49,210 bases of DNA from Nemertoderma westbladi. Lineage: Eukaryota; Animalia; Xenacoelomorpha. Under the pieces are notes generated by a model that did not search any database, was not told the DNA's origin, and saw nothing but the letters and a program-made list of their open reading frames with translations. This document shows positions 12,082 through 24,080 of this stretch, one piece after another. Each line of letters begins with the position of its first letter. The stretch's first letter is position 1. The stretch is taken from contig JAUCBJ010008806.1 of the NCBI GenBank assembly GCA_032718475.1, forward strand, positions 1-49,210, written 5' to 3'. Made by a program: the position numbers and the translations under genes.

Positions 12082-15000
12082 TCAGTACCTCTCACCTCCC
12101 CCTTTCAGTCTGGGAGATCGTTGCGGGATGATTTTTGACCTCACCTCGTCATCGAATGTAATGTTGCGTTTGGGTGGGGACCCACGAGGTGTGTCCGGAT
12201 TGGACGGTGTGGAAGGAGAGTTGCGTGCTCCGACAAAGCGACGGAGGTATCGACGGTTGCGTATGAGTTTGCGCCCATTCGAGAGGAGGATTTCGAAGCG
12301 GCGGAACCCGAGTTTACCCACGATAGTGCCAGTGCGGTCCCACAGGCGTGTCCGTTGACTTTGTAGACGGACCGTCTCACCGAGAGTAAGCGGTGGGAGG
12401 GGATGTGCAGATAGGTTATAACGATCAGCCATGTCCTGTTTAAGGATACCAGCTCGAATAACAGAATCGGTGGTCGGCTTTGTGGCAAAGGAAGCAGGGT
12501 TTACTGGCACGCGGGATCGCATTGAACGTCCATAGAGTAACTGCGCAGGGGACAAACCAGTGGCAGATGGGGTGTTTCGCCACTCAAGGATGGCCTCAGC
12601 AAATGCGCGTTGATCAAGATGTTTATTAGCGGTTTGACACTTTTTTACGAGGGCCTTCATGGCATGAACCGCAGATTCGGCATGGCCATTGGATTGTGGA
12701 TATTCAGGCGAGGAGATGCGGTGTGTCACCGACCAGTCGTGGAGGAAGTTGCGGAACTCCTCTGATGTGAACTGGGGCCCTCCATCTGTAGATAGTTCGA
12801 CCGGGGCACCATAGTCCCGGAAGTATTGGGTAAATAAGTCAATAAGGTGGCGTGTAGAGGGGCGGTATGCCTCGACTATGGGCCAACCAGTGTGTCGATC
12901 AGCATATACAAGGTAATATTGATATGCGTAGGAGTACAGATCAGCGGAACATTGCTCGAATGGTCGATTTGGAAGCGGGGTTGAAATTAAGTCCTCATGT
13001 GGTTGACTACGTTGGTGTAGTTGACACGAGTCACATGACTCGACAGTGTTTTTGATGTCGGAATTCATGCCGGGCCAGTAGAACGCCTGGCGCGCGCGAC
13101 GCTTGGTACAAACAATGCCTTGATGCGAGGCATGTAACCGCTTAAGGATTTCACGACGAATGGAACTCGGGATAATGATCCTGGCTCCATATAGAATGAG
13201 GTCGCCGTCGATTGACAGTTCCGGTATTATACTTTTATATTGATGGACTGACTGTTTCGGTATGTCGTCAGTGTCTTTACCATTGGCAAGGTAATGGTAC
13301 AGATCCTGGTAGGGGATGTCTGTTTTAGCAGCGTTGATGATGATGTCGAGAGCAGGGTCATGACTGGGATGTCCGTCGGCGACTGATTCATCATCTATAG
13401 CACTGACTCGTTGGATGACGGCTGTGTGGTGGTCATCTTGGAATAATACTTCATCACTGGGTTGCGGGTCGGAGGTAGGAGCTCGTGAGAGAGCGTCGGC
13501 TGAGTGATTGTCCTTCCCTGGGACCCATTTAGCTGTAAACGTATATGGGGCAAGTTTCTCGCGGAGGCGTTGGAGACAGGGGTTCTCAATGAGGTCGAGG
13601 GTGAACCTGTTGAGGATAGAAATTAATGGTTTGTGGTCAACTTCGATGTCAAAGTGTGTGAGGCCTTGGAGATATAACTTGCACTTTGATGCAGCCCATA
13701 CGACAGCAAGTAATTCAAGCTCACACATAGCGTAGCGCGATTCGGTATTAGTTGTGAAACGAGAGCCACATTGAATGAGACGCCAGCTCGGAGGTGAGTT
13801 GAGATCAGCGTTGTGATTTTGCTGCAACACATATCCTAAGCCTTGGAGACGAGACGCATCCGTGCGAAGGACGGTGGGCAACGCAGGGTTAAAAGGTTGA
13901 AGCACTGGTGGGGAGACCAAAGCGGCTTTAACGGCATTAAAGGCGGCGGTGTGCACGTCCAACCAGAGAAATGAGTTGCGAGTTTGCAGCAGCGGTCGTA
14001 AGGGAGCGGCAACAGCGGCAATTTTATTGGAGAACTCGCCGAGTTGGTTAACTAAACCAAAAAATGAGCGGAGCTCACGGATGTTCGTTGGGATGGGCAA
14101 TTCCGAGATGGCTGATACCCGGCTGGGATCAGCTTCGACACCAGTGTGGCCAACAATATAGCCAGCAAACTCAACACTTGGCTGCGCAAAAACGATTTTG
14201 TCAGGGTTTAGAGTTATTGAAGCGTTACGACATCGGGTTAAAAGTTCCGAAACAATAGTGACGTGTTCGTCAAACGTTGTTGTATAAACGATGATGTCAT
14301 CTACAATTTTTCTACTATTTGTTAGGCCCTTGAGTGCAGCATCGCCTCGACGGCAATATTCATCCCCGGAGCATGATAGACCCATCGGTGCGCAAAGATA
14401 CATATAGCGTCCATATGGGGTCAGGAATGTAGTGAGAGGTTGGCTGTCCTCGTCAAGAGGTATTTGCCAGTACCCATGGGTCGCATCGAATTTGGAAAAG
14501 TAGCGCATTCCATGGGGAATTGAGAATACTACATCGCGGGGTGACGGAAAGGGATGAACTGGTCGGTGTATATGAATATTCAACCGTGTATGGTCGACGC
14601 ACATACGTAATTTACCGTTCTTTTTCGTTGTCACGACCAGGGGACTAACAAACTCAGTTGGGTAGTCCACTTTTGAAATAACTCCCTTTTATTCCATCTG
14701 ATTGAGGTTTTCTTTGATTTCCTCGCGGTAAGCAAATGGTATGGGGCGAGCGGCGTGGACTGCATACGCCTCGTATTCCTTTTTCATGTAGATATGCATA
14801 GGGTCACCAGACATGGTGGGCAGTTCGACATTAGGTGAACTCCCGGCAAACACGTCATTGAATTCGCAAACAAGCTGTTGGTGGGTGTTTTCGATAGTTT
14901 TTATAGGTGTGTCGTCCGTGATTGGCGGTGGGGTTGACACAGTAAGCAGGTTCCCTCGTTGAGCGGTTATATAGCCGGGAATTGGAAATTCTGGGGCTAA

Positions 15001-16704
15001 TAGTCCGTGCTGTTTACATACAATGTATGACATTAGAAACCCATCGAAATCGGAGGTAACATATGCAACGGTGGGTATACAACGTTCATAGTAAATTATA
15101 TTAATTGAAATGGAACCAAGACATTCCATTTGTGTTTTATTTGCAGCTAACAGCGGTATGACGTCATTGGGGTTGATATACTGGGTTAAACCATGGGTTT
15201 CGACAATATAATTCGAAATTATGGTGTCATCCGCCCCAGTATCAACTACTGATGAATTTATGAAAAAGGTTGCATCATGGCAGGAGACAGAGACGCGTAT
15301 CCTAGGTGGTTTCGATGAAACAGCATAAATGAATGCATTGTTGTTGTTTATGTTTCCATCCTCGAGATCGGTTGCAATATAGCTATTATGGGAGGCTTTA
15401 TTTGGATGCGACCGACGGACAGGTTTAGGAGTCGTGGAGGTCGAGGTAGCGGACTGTTTCTTACCGCAAACAGGAGCTATGTGACCTTGTATACCACAAG
15501 CGTGACAGGTACTGGATCGATGCGGGCACTGACTCCGTTTGTGGGCTGAGTAACACTTTTGACAAGATTTTCGCCGTTCATAAGGTTGCTGGTTGGAGCG
15601 GGGGGCGGAGGGACTCCATCTTTGTTTGTGGCGTGGGCCTCGGTACCGTGGGTTGGAGGTTGATCGACCGCGGTGCTGTTCTGAATCTGTTGCATGTTTC
15701 CATCCGGATGTAGAATTTCCAGGGCCAGAAACTTTCAATGTTTTGGAGACTGCACCAGTAGCATCGTGGCGTGATTGTTCCCGGGCTCGACAAACCTTAA
15801 GAACATCGTCCAGGGTGGGGTCATCGTACTGTTCGAATATTTTCTCCCTGAGTTCGTCATCGTTGATGCCGGAAATAATTTGGGTCATAAGTTGCTGTTC
15901 CGAGCAATGGTTACAGGGTTCGGAATTACTCTGTAAGTCGGACAAGCGGACATAGTAGTCATCAAAGGATTCGCCCTGAGACTGTTTAGTGCGGGTAAAC
16001 TCCACACGGCGGCACACAACATTGGTTTTGCGACGATAATGAGCAAGGAGTTGGTCGAGAATTTCGTTGACCATCATGGTGTCGGTGACGTGCATGATGA
16101 CTCGCATCGCATCCTGAGTTTTACGGGAGATGCAGCCATAAAGGTGAACAACCTGGGCTGCGAGGTCGAGGGAGAGGATGTCGTTAACGTTATAAAAGCG
16201 TTCGAACTGTTCTCACCAGGTTTTGAACTGCGCTAGGGTATAGTCGTTTGTTAATGGTTCGGGTTTGTAAGAGGAATCCACGCGGCGGGATGTCCTGTGG
16301 TCGCCAGCGGCAGCGGGCTCGGGGCCATGGCCGGGGGCTATGGCAGCGCCGCGCGGGCCCTGGGTACCAGGAACCGGTACGGCTGGGCATTGTTGATCCG
16401 TGAGGAACTGGAAGAAGGCGTTTTGCTGGTCGAGTGCAGCGGCCTGCTGTTCGCAGATGAAACCCATTAACACAGCGATGGAATCGCCTTCCACGGTTCG
16501 GTAAACTTCCTCCACGCCAGGGTTGGAGGTGATGTCGGACACGTTATGTTCGCAGACAAATTTCATAATTATGCAACGCATAGAATCTGTGTTCGTCTTG
16601 GCGTCGACGTTGATGCTGAACTGTGTGGCCCACTCCCGGAGTTGATCCTGTGGGGCGTCAGCAACGTCAGCCAAAGATGGTAAATCTTCCAAGTTGGATG
16701 CCAT
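12082..16704 (-). pseudogene. gag-pol: Single gag-pol polyprotein ORF with two in-frame nonsense codons
   Basis: The three track ORFs are in one frame from ATG 16704 (MASNLEDL), split only by TGA at 16213-16215 and TAA at 14689-14691. Motifs: CQKC..H..C and CHAC...GH....C knuckles, protease VDTGAD, RT IVDDII, RNase H TDASRLQGLG, integrase HASHQG/CDSC, DGGPQF, PQSNGHAE. Confidence 0.93.
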
Positions 16705-16832
16705 AACAGATACGGTGATACAGAAAATGTGTACCAGTGTACAGTTGAGTAAAGTACGGTATGGTATTGCAGTATTGAGAACGGTATTGCAAAGTTCAGA
16801 AGTTGGGGTGTATCGCTGAGGTAGCAGACTAC

Positions 16833-16845
16833 ACAAACTGCGCCA
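16833..16845 (-). promoter_or_regulatory. Primer-binding site of Gypsy element (tRNA-Ser-like)
   Basis: Minus strand TGGCGCAGTTTGT directly after the 5' LTR CA. TGGCGCAG is complementary to a tRNA 3' end; the tRNA identity is from memory. Confidence 0.75.
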
Positions 16846-17113
16846 TGCTATGTTGTGAGGTGAGCCGAAAGATAGAACAAGAGTTTATCTGAAGCATGTA
16901 CACAACATAATAATCAATATAATACATATATAGATGTGATAGATAAGTCAGCAGTCAGGTGGGCGCCGACTGCATAGCAGATATACCAGATACCGGTATG
17001 GTAGGTATCAGTATGCAATAAGAAGAACTAGGTATATGCAGTAAGGCAACCGACAGAACAGTATAACATACATATATACTATATGGCTACGAGTAGGTCA
17101 CGAGTATCTCTCA
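16846..17113 (-). repeat. 5' LTR of Gypsy element
   Basis: Direct repeat of 11776-12043, followed on the minus strand by the PBS. Confidence 0.95.
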
Positions 17114-17789
17114 GACATTGTGGTTGCATGGGCGGAACATCCGTTGGAAGACATTGTGGTTGCAGGGGCGCGAGATCCGTTGGAAGACATTGTGGTTGCA
17201 GGGGCGCGAGATCCGTTGGAAGACATTGTGGTTGCAGGGGCGGGAGATCCGTTGGAGGACATTGTGGTTGCAGGGGCGTGAGATCCGTTGGAAGACATTG
17301 TGGTTGCAGGGGCGCGAGATTCGTTGGAAGACATTGTGGTTGAAGGGGCGGGAGATCCGTTGGAAGACATTGTGGTTGCAGGGGCGCGAGATCCGTTGGA
17401 AGACATTGTGGTTGCAGGGGTGCGAGATCCGTTGGAAGACATTGTGGTTGCAGGGGCGCGAGATCCGTTGGAAGACATTGTGGTTGCAGGGGCGCGAGAT
17501 TCGTTGGAAGACATTGTGGTTGCAGGGGCGGGAGATCCGTTGGAGGACATTGTGGTTGCAGGGGCGGGAGATCCGTTGGAGGACATTGTGGTTGCAGGGA
17601 CGGTAGATCCGTTGGAGGACATTGTGGTTGCAGGGATGGGAGATCCGTTGGAGGACATTGTGGTTGCAGGGACGGTAGATCCGTTTGAGGACATTGTGGT
17701 TGCAGGGACGGGAGATCCGTTGGAGGACATTGTGGTTGCAGGAACAGGAGATCCGTTGGAGGACATTGTGGTTGCAGGGACGGTAGATC
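17114..17789. repeat. 36-bp satellite, right block, about 19 more diverged copies
   Basis: Same unit resumes in register after the Gypsy TSD and ends at the Bel/Pao LTR. Confidence 0.96.
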
Positions 17790-18935
17790 TGTTCGCGCTT
17801 TTAGACCTTTAGCAGTTTAACCTGCCAATTTTAGGTGTCTTCTTGTTTATAAATCGACTTTAGCCTATAACAACTGTTTAGTACACATAAAGTAACATTA
17901 GCCGAAGCCAGTCTATCCGCGATCATTCACCCACTGTTAAGGGAGACTGGATTCGGATGCTTTGATCTTATTGCGGTGCAGACCTACTGTATTATTCGAT
18001 TGATCGTTACTATATAATCCCTGACAATATTATTCACTTTCGGGGAAATATTAACAGTTCCTTTAGGACGTGGCGCTTTAAATATATAAAACACAGTTAT
18101 GACTTATACTAAACACAACGCGATAGCTATTGAGTTTCGTAAAAGGCGCATTCTTTAGGAGATGCCTTATTATCTGTCACACTACTGCACACAATTTCAA
18201 ACCACTTCACACTGATTTGCCGACCGTCACTGAATTTGATTATGAAATAGCATTTACTTCACACAAAAACCTCTATAATGTAAGTCGCAATTGCTACCGG
18301 TTACCGGCCCTCTTACCTTCAATAACCAAGAAGATTGGGGTTTTATGATTATTTATCGTTATTCTCCAAATATAACAACATATCCATCCATATATATCAA
18401 TTAATAACAGACAGTAAACAGAAGTAAAATAATGCGGTGAAATGTATGTGGCCAGTGTTGATTACAGTTTTTTCATCAGGTGCCAGGGTGCAGTTTGTTA
18501 TCCGGCAGATAATAGGTTTACGTTTCTATAATCAAAGCTATCTAATGTTCCGGTCAAAGTCTGAAACTTCCACAGAAGCACAGAAGAATCCTAAGCCGGT
18601 ATTCTGGGCTTGGAAAAGATAAACACTAACACTGACATGCCTAGTACGGTTTACGTAGGCTCTTGTCCCACATAAAATGAAAATCGCTCTGATTGGCTGA
18701 GCCGAACAAAGAACAAAGAAAGGTTCCACGTTGGCAGTAAATCAGCTGACAGATGTCGTCATCTGAGTTCCAGTCTTTAGAGTATTATGCGCATTGCGGC
18801 AAAAATGGCTTGTTAAGTCCGCTAAAGCACACATGCAGACATAGCGGGTAAAAATGGCTTGTTAATGTCCGCTAAAACACCTACACGGTATATTGCGGAG
18901 AAAAATGGCTTTTTACATCCGCAAAAGCTTTTACA
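17790..18935 (-). repeat. 3' LTR of Bel/Pao element A (~1146 bp)
   Basis: Minus strand begins TGTAAAAGC after the PPT and ends GCGCGAACA at the satellite junction. A diverged inverted copy lies at 36268-37426. U3 has ~50-bp tandem repeats and a CCAAT box. Confidence 0.85.
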
Positions 18936-18943
18936 CCGCTCCC
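18936..18943 (-). promoter_or_regulatory. Short polypurine tract of element A
   Basis: Minus strand GGGAGCGG abutting TGT of the LTR, just after the extra ORF stop. Confidence 0.65.
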
Positions 18944-18961
18944 AGAAAATGGGATTTGAGT

Positions 18962-21900
18962 CTATAAAATATACAAAATCACAGTTTCTAAAATATAAGA
19001 ATACTCTAAACTACTAGTCCTTCTTATGTGAACGGCGTTTACAATGGCGCTAACAACCTTCAGAGCGTGTTTTAAGACAGCAGCTCTTACTGGTCCCTGA
19101 CGAGTCGTCTGTACGAGAGCGGTAGGTGGGCCGTGAGTAGTGAGAAACTTCCTCGGTTTGATGGTTCTTTCCAACTCACGTTCTCGGGCTCTATTTTCAT
19201 AGGGTCGCCTATGAACTTCCTGTAGTTCTGGATGCGAGTTGATGAACAAGTCACCGTATTCCGGATCTTGATGGATGAAGTTGATCAAGTTATAGGAATT
19301 AAGATCATTGGGATTAATGTTCCTGAGATATTTACGAACAAATTTGGTCGAAATATTCTCGCCAAGACGCTTCATTAGTTCGTAACTCGGTGTGCGAGAT
19401 TTTTGTTCAACGGATGCGAATAGATACGGCTGGAACGCATAAACTCCTTCATATGCACGTCCAGGGTATTATCGATGACGTGACTCACAATGTAGATCCG
19501 CGTTCGCTTCCCAGGCTCGAATGTAGCATAAGGTAATCATTTCATCTACGCTTTCCAGATCTCGGTTAAAAGGGCAATCAAAACTTGCATGTCCTTTAAA
19601 CTGACAATGATGGCATTGAGTCATAAATTGGGGGCAGACTGCGAAAATGTGCAAGTTATTGCATCTGCAATACGCACAATAGATATCCATCGTAGGTTGT
19701 TCACGGAAGTAGGAGCAGGGTACATTGGAGTCCACCGGGGTGAAATGGTCTCGAGATGCGCATAATCGGCAATGTTTCCTAGAGACATAGTTGGCATGCC
19801 GATAATCGTACGCGGTGAGACATTGTGGACCTTGATACCATTCCAGGACATAGTTGTTGTCACTGCTCCGGGGTGATGTTGGTTGAATCTCCTCGGATTC
19901 AAAGCATATTGGTTTGTCTTCCAAATGCATAGTGGAGATAGGTGTAGCTGTCTCCTCAAGCGAACCCAGTGTCTGAACTTCCACGATAGAATAACCCGTG
20001 GGGATTCGGGGTCTTTGTATAACAGAGGAATGTAAGTTCTGTATACAAACGTCCTTGAAAATGGCGAATCCAGCACTGTCTAACTTCTCAGCAGCTGAGT
20101 CTCTTAGGCTGAGCTTGGTCAGAGCGCAGTCCTTGAACTGACTATCAACGTTGCGGAACGGTGTCAGAAAGCGCTTAAAACATTTGAAGCGGATGAATTT
20201 ATTGTGTTCATCTAGCTTGGCGAGTTAGGTTCCAAGCATTAAGGGATGGGTGCGTATAGTACGACTGCACACATCGGCTAGCCAACCGGCAAGTGCGGCG
20301 TTCTCGAGGATAGTGTACATAGCTAATGAGGGACGAAGGGGACCACTCATAAAGCTATACACGATGCCAGGTGCGGTCAATAGTCTGTCGAAGTATAATC
20401 GAGAATAATGATCTCCATATACTTGTTGATAGTTGATAGGGTTTCCGACTTTGAAATTCCATCCGTATTCTTGGAAGGCAAGATGTCCGATGGATGTTCA
20501 TTGTACTCTATTGATGCCGCTGGGTGTATTGGCATACATAGTTCGGAAGAAACCTCGGCCTTCTGCCCATAGAGCAATCAGCTGGGTGTCTACGAAAGGA
20601 TATGGGATATTCTCCATGTTCCTAAAGTCGTTTTGGAGGTCTCCATAAACAGCTGAGCCGATTTTAAGAATTCTTTCGTTAAACAATATTTCGAGCACGG
20701 GCTGGGGTAACATCGATCCATCTATACCCATGGCCTGTTTGTGCTCGGTGTCGGTGATGTAACGCTGCGCGAGTTCGAATTGTCCATGTCGTAGTTTCTT
20801 TTGTATCTCGGTGAGAGTCTCAAAAGAATAACCAATCACGTCGGAACACGCTCGAGTAAACACGTGGGTATAACCAGCTAGTCCTCGTATATGTATCATG
20901 CGCATAGTTCCCAGTTCTCCGACCGGAACGCTACCTTCGTTATCGTAAGTGACAACTCCATACATTTCGATAATGTTAAGAGTTTCGTTCCACTCTTTAG
21001 TGGCGTTCTCTAGGGTCATCCCCACCGGATGCCATAAGATCTCCATCTCCATATCTTTGTATTCTCTCTTCCTCGAATAATACGTCGAGATTCCAATGGA
21101 CTAATCGAGTTTTAATAAATCCATCGAGATTATACGGAGGCGTGATATCCTTCTCTATTCTGGAAACATTGTAGGGTTTTCTGAATGAGTTTACTTTCAC
21201 TAACTGATCCAGATGTTTCTGCAATTGTTCGAGTTCGACAATATCGAGAGGATTTATTAGTGGTAGAAACCTTAGACTATGTGTCGGATCTTCAGGTTTT
21301 ACCATATAATATTGAGTTAGATTGACATAATAAGGGTGGTCTTTGATCCCATAAAACGAGTTCGGTAAAGGTCTAGCACGTATGTTGACCTCGTGTACCA
21401 TACGACGGACAAGATCCGCTCGATTGTCTGGAGGTTCAACGAGTATAGCGTCGACGCGTCAGTCATAAGGATTTGAGCTTCGGGTTGGGCTAAAGCTGCT
21501 TCCTCTCTCTCATCCATTTCGATGTGTTTCTCCTCGAGCTGATTTTCCTCCGCCCGTCGTTGTAAGTGTTTGTCTAAAAACTCTTGTAGAGAATAGGTTC
21601 GTCCAAGTTCGATGTCTTCCTCGAGGTTCTGGATTTCTCTATCGAACTGGGGTAAGGCCAATTCCTTCACCGCTTGGACTGGTTGCTGCAATTTGCGTTT
21701 CTCTAAACAATCGTAAGTCCCTTTTCCGATCTTCTGCCGAATAGCGTCTAACGCGTTTCGTACAACGCTCTCCTCGACTTCGGTGACTGGTTGTATCGGG
21801 GTTAAACCGGGACGATTATATGGGTTGAACGGCAATATTAAATGTTCGCGTCCCAATCCGGTTAGGTAGGATGGGCGAATATCTAGAGAGCCCACTACCG

Positions 21901-22881
21901 GAGTGCCACCAATTAATTGTTCGGGTAACACCAGATCTTTGAACAGTGAGTACAGTTCGGGAGGATCCATGATACTATTAGGATCAAGAGTTTGAGGTCT
22001 CACTAGGGAATGAGGAGGTCTGACCGAGTATTCCGGAACTCTGATCATGGGTTTATTTAAGGATCGTTTTAGTCGAGCGAGCGTAGGTGACTCGTCAAAC
22101 AAGTTTCGCTCGAAACTCCCGTAAGTATAGAGAGTATAACTGTGTTTAGTGCAACGTCTCCGGGATGTTTATATCTTTCTGTTTGCTGGTTGGGTCTAGG
22201 GCATTCATCGCAATAATACCAAAGACGCACGTCCTGTAGGGGAAACACGGGTGATCATTCTCCAGTTTTACAATATTCCTCCATATGTTCGAAGCTATCC
22301 GGGACAACAGGTAGCGGTCGATCGGCGGTAAGATACATCATAGTAAAATAGAGAGCCGTTTGAGTTCTATCATAGGGTTTATGATGTATACCTTGAGGAT
22401 ATCGAGTTTCTAGATTTTGTTGACTGGCAATATTGAGATATGTTTCTCTCAATAATTCCAGATATTCGTTGAAGTCACTGCGTTTATCCGGCACTTCAAC
22501 ATCTTCTGTTTTGAGTCGGTTTCGAATAGAATTCTCGTGTTCGATTCTCGGTTTATCGTTCCGACTCCGCTGGGTATGATATTTAAATAGAACCATTTCC
22601 CTTTCGGTGTCTACATCGTCCATATCCTGTAAATCGATAGGATGACCAGTAGTTAAGAAGTCCATATACGTACCATTGCGATGCATATAGCGAGCGGTGA
22701 ATTTTCTATAGTCCAATTCAGGCGTGAGTTGTTCTTTTGACATTGGCGGTTCGATATAACGGCCATCGTCCTCCGTAGTGGGTTGACTAGCGTCGCCGCA
22801 TATTAAACTATCAACAAATGCTTGCAATGGTAGGGTATATCATTCCCTGATACCAAGATCATCTTCTATCAACTCAGTCAT
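18962..22881 (-). pseudogene. Accessory ORF of element A: unknown N-terminus, DEDDy 3'-5' exonuclease-like domain, tandem CCHC zinc knuckles
   Basis: ATG at 22881. Track ORFs join via read-through of stops and about three frameshifts; 21052-18962 is one frame with three internal stops. ExoI-like YGVVTYDNEG, ExoII-like LPQPVLEILFNERILKIGSAVYGDL, FVDTQLIA, SIGHLAFQEYG, ExoIII-like PLRPSLAMYTILE; CRLC..H..C, CAYC..H..C, CHHCQFKGHASFDC. Confidence 0.8.
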
Positions 22882-23703
22882 AGTTGTTGTATGAGTTTAT
22901 CAATATTATAATCAATTATATTTAGGCTAGCAGTCTTCGCTGCCTACCCCTCAAGGCCCCCAGACAGCGCAAGATCCTCAGCGCTGATGTACTGTCGTCG
23001 CTGTGCCTCTCGCCAACGTAGTAGCTACACAACGACAACAATAACCAGCGCGAGTCACTCCACTGTCCGTCCCAAGGGCTTAAATTTACTTCAGGTTCTT
23101 GCTACAGAGGTAGGGCAACTTTCACAACTGTGACTCACTACTGTAAACACACTTTAGTAGTAACATTCACCTATAAACGCACAAATTCCCCACAACTGTC
23201 ACAAATTGTACACATTCGGGCCATTTGTCCGTTAGTCAAGTGCCTTCCAGAATGCCACGTTATTATTATGTATCCCTGGATACTAGCAGTGTGCTATTTA
23301 TTCCGTATGCTATTCAATGGGGCAAGCTTTCTATTGTTCGTTTAACTCGCTTCTAATTCTAGCGTGGTTGTTGCTATGGTGACATTATGGAAAGCTAGCA
23401 GTAGAATTAGGGTAATTCTCATGCATACAGATCTGGGATGCTATTTAATAGTAATTCTTTAATTGTCAATATTCCCCTTTATACATGATTTTATGAATTT
23501 TATCGGCTATTGACTATATATTGGAGATTTTCTCACACCAATATACTTAATAGGGTGAATCTCCGCTCCCATGATCTAATAATTAATGGAATTTTGGGAA
23601 TGTTATAAATTGTATAAAATGACAATTTATCAAATTCATGAGAGGATATGAATTTAAATTTATTCCCGTAAATTTTATTATTTAATATTAAAATAGACAC
23701 AAT

Positions 23704-24080
23704 TTTATTCCAGAGCATGTCTGGGGACTGGGATCCTTGATTCTAGGAAATTTGTCCTTTTAAGAGTATCGGTAAGTGCTATGATATCTTAATCGACTAG
23801 AATTTTAAAGGATCTAAATTTTAACAGATTTTGATTTATAGATTTTCTTGGTTTGCAAACTCCTTAGAGTTTATTAGTATGCATTTACTCTGTTATAACA
23901 TTTGTTTTAATAGATTTTTATAAATATTAACTATGTAATATTTAAGATGGGCACCGATTTATTCCAGAACTTGGCTGGGGACGTTAACCACTGATTCTAG
24001 AGTTTGTCTTTCAAGTATATCGGTGGGTGCCGCGATATCTTAATCTACTAGAGTTACAAATGGTCAAAGGGTTTAACATA
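23704..24080. repeat. Diverged direct duplication (~125-bp core, ~253-bp spacing) in the pol-ORF3 spacer
   Basis: TTTATTCCAGA...CTGGGGAC...TGATTCTAG...GATATCTTAATC.ACTAGA occurs at ~23704 and ~23958. Confidence 0.7.

Larger units (their letters stand above)
11776..17113 (-). mobile_element. Full-length Ty3/Gypsy LTR retrotransposon (Mag-like), 5338 bp, inserted in the 36-bp satellite
   Basis: Two 268-bp TG...CA LTRs differing at 3 positions by eye; 5-bp TSD GACAT (11771-11775, 17114-17118); PBS and PPT present; domain order PR-RT-RNaseH-IN; double zinc knuckle in gag. Confidence 0.96.

Noticed and set aside
14689-16215. Programmed read-through or separate gag and pol genes in the Gypsy element
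   Set aside because: The stops fall inside gag and at the start of RT, not at a gag-pol boundary; point mutation is simpler.
19530-19790. Nanos zinc finger
   Set aside because: Spacing fits generic CCHC knuckles and the Nanos CxFCxNN and AHT motifs are missing.
18962-22881. env gene
   Set aside because: No signal peptide, transmembrane anchor or glycoprotein-like pattern; exonuclease and knuckle motifs instead.
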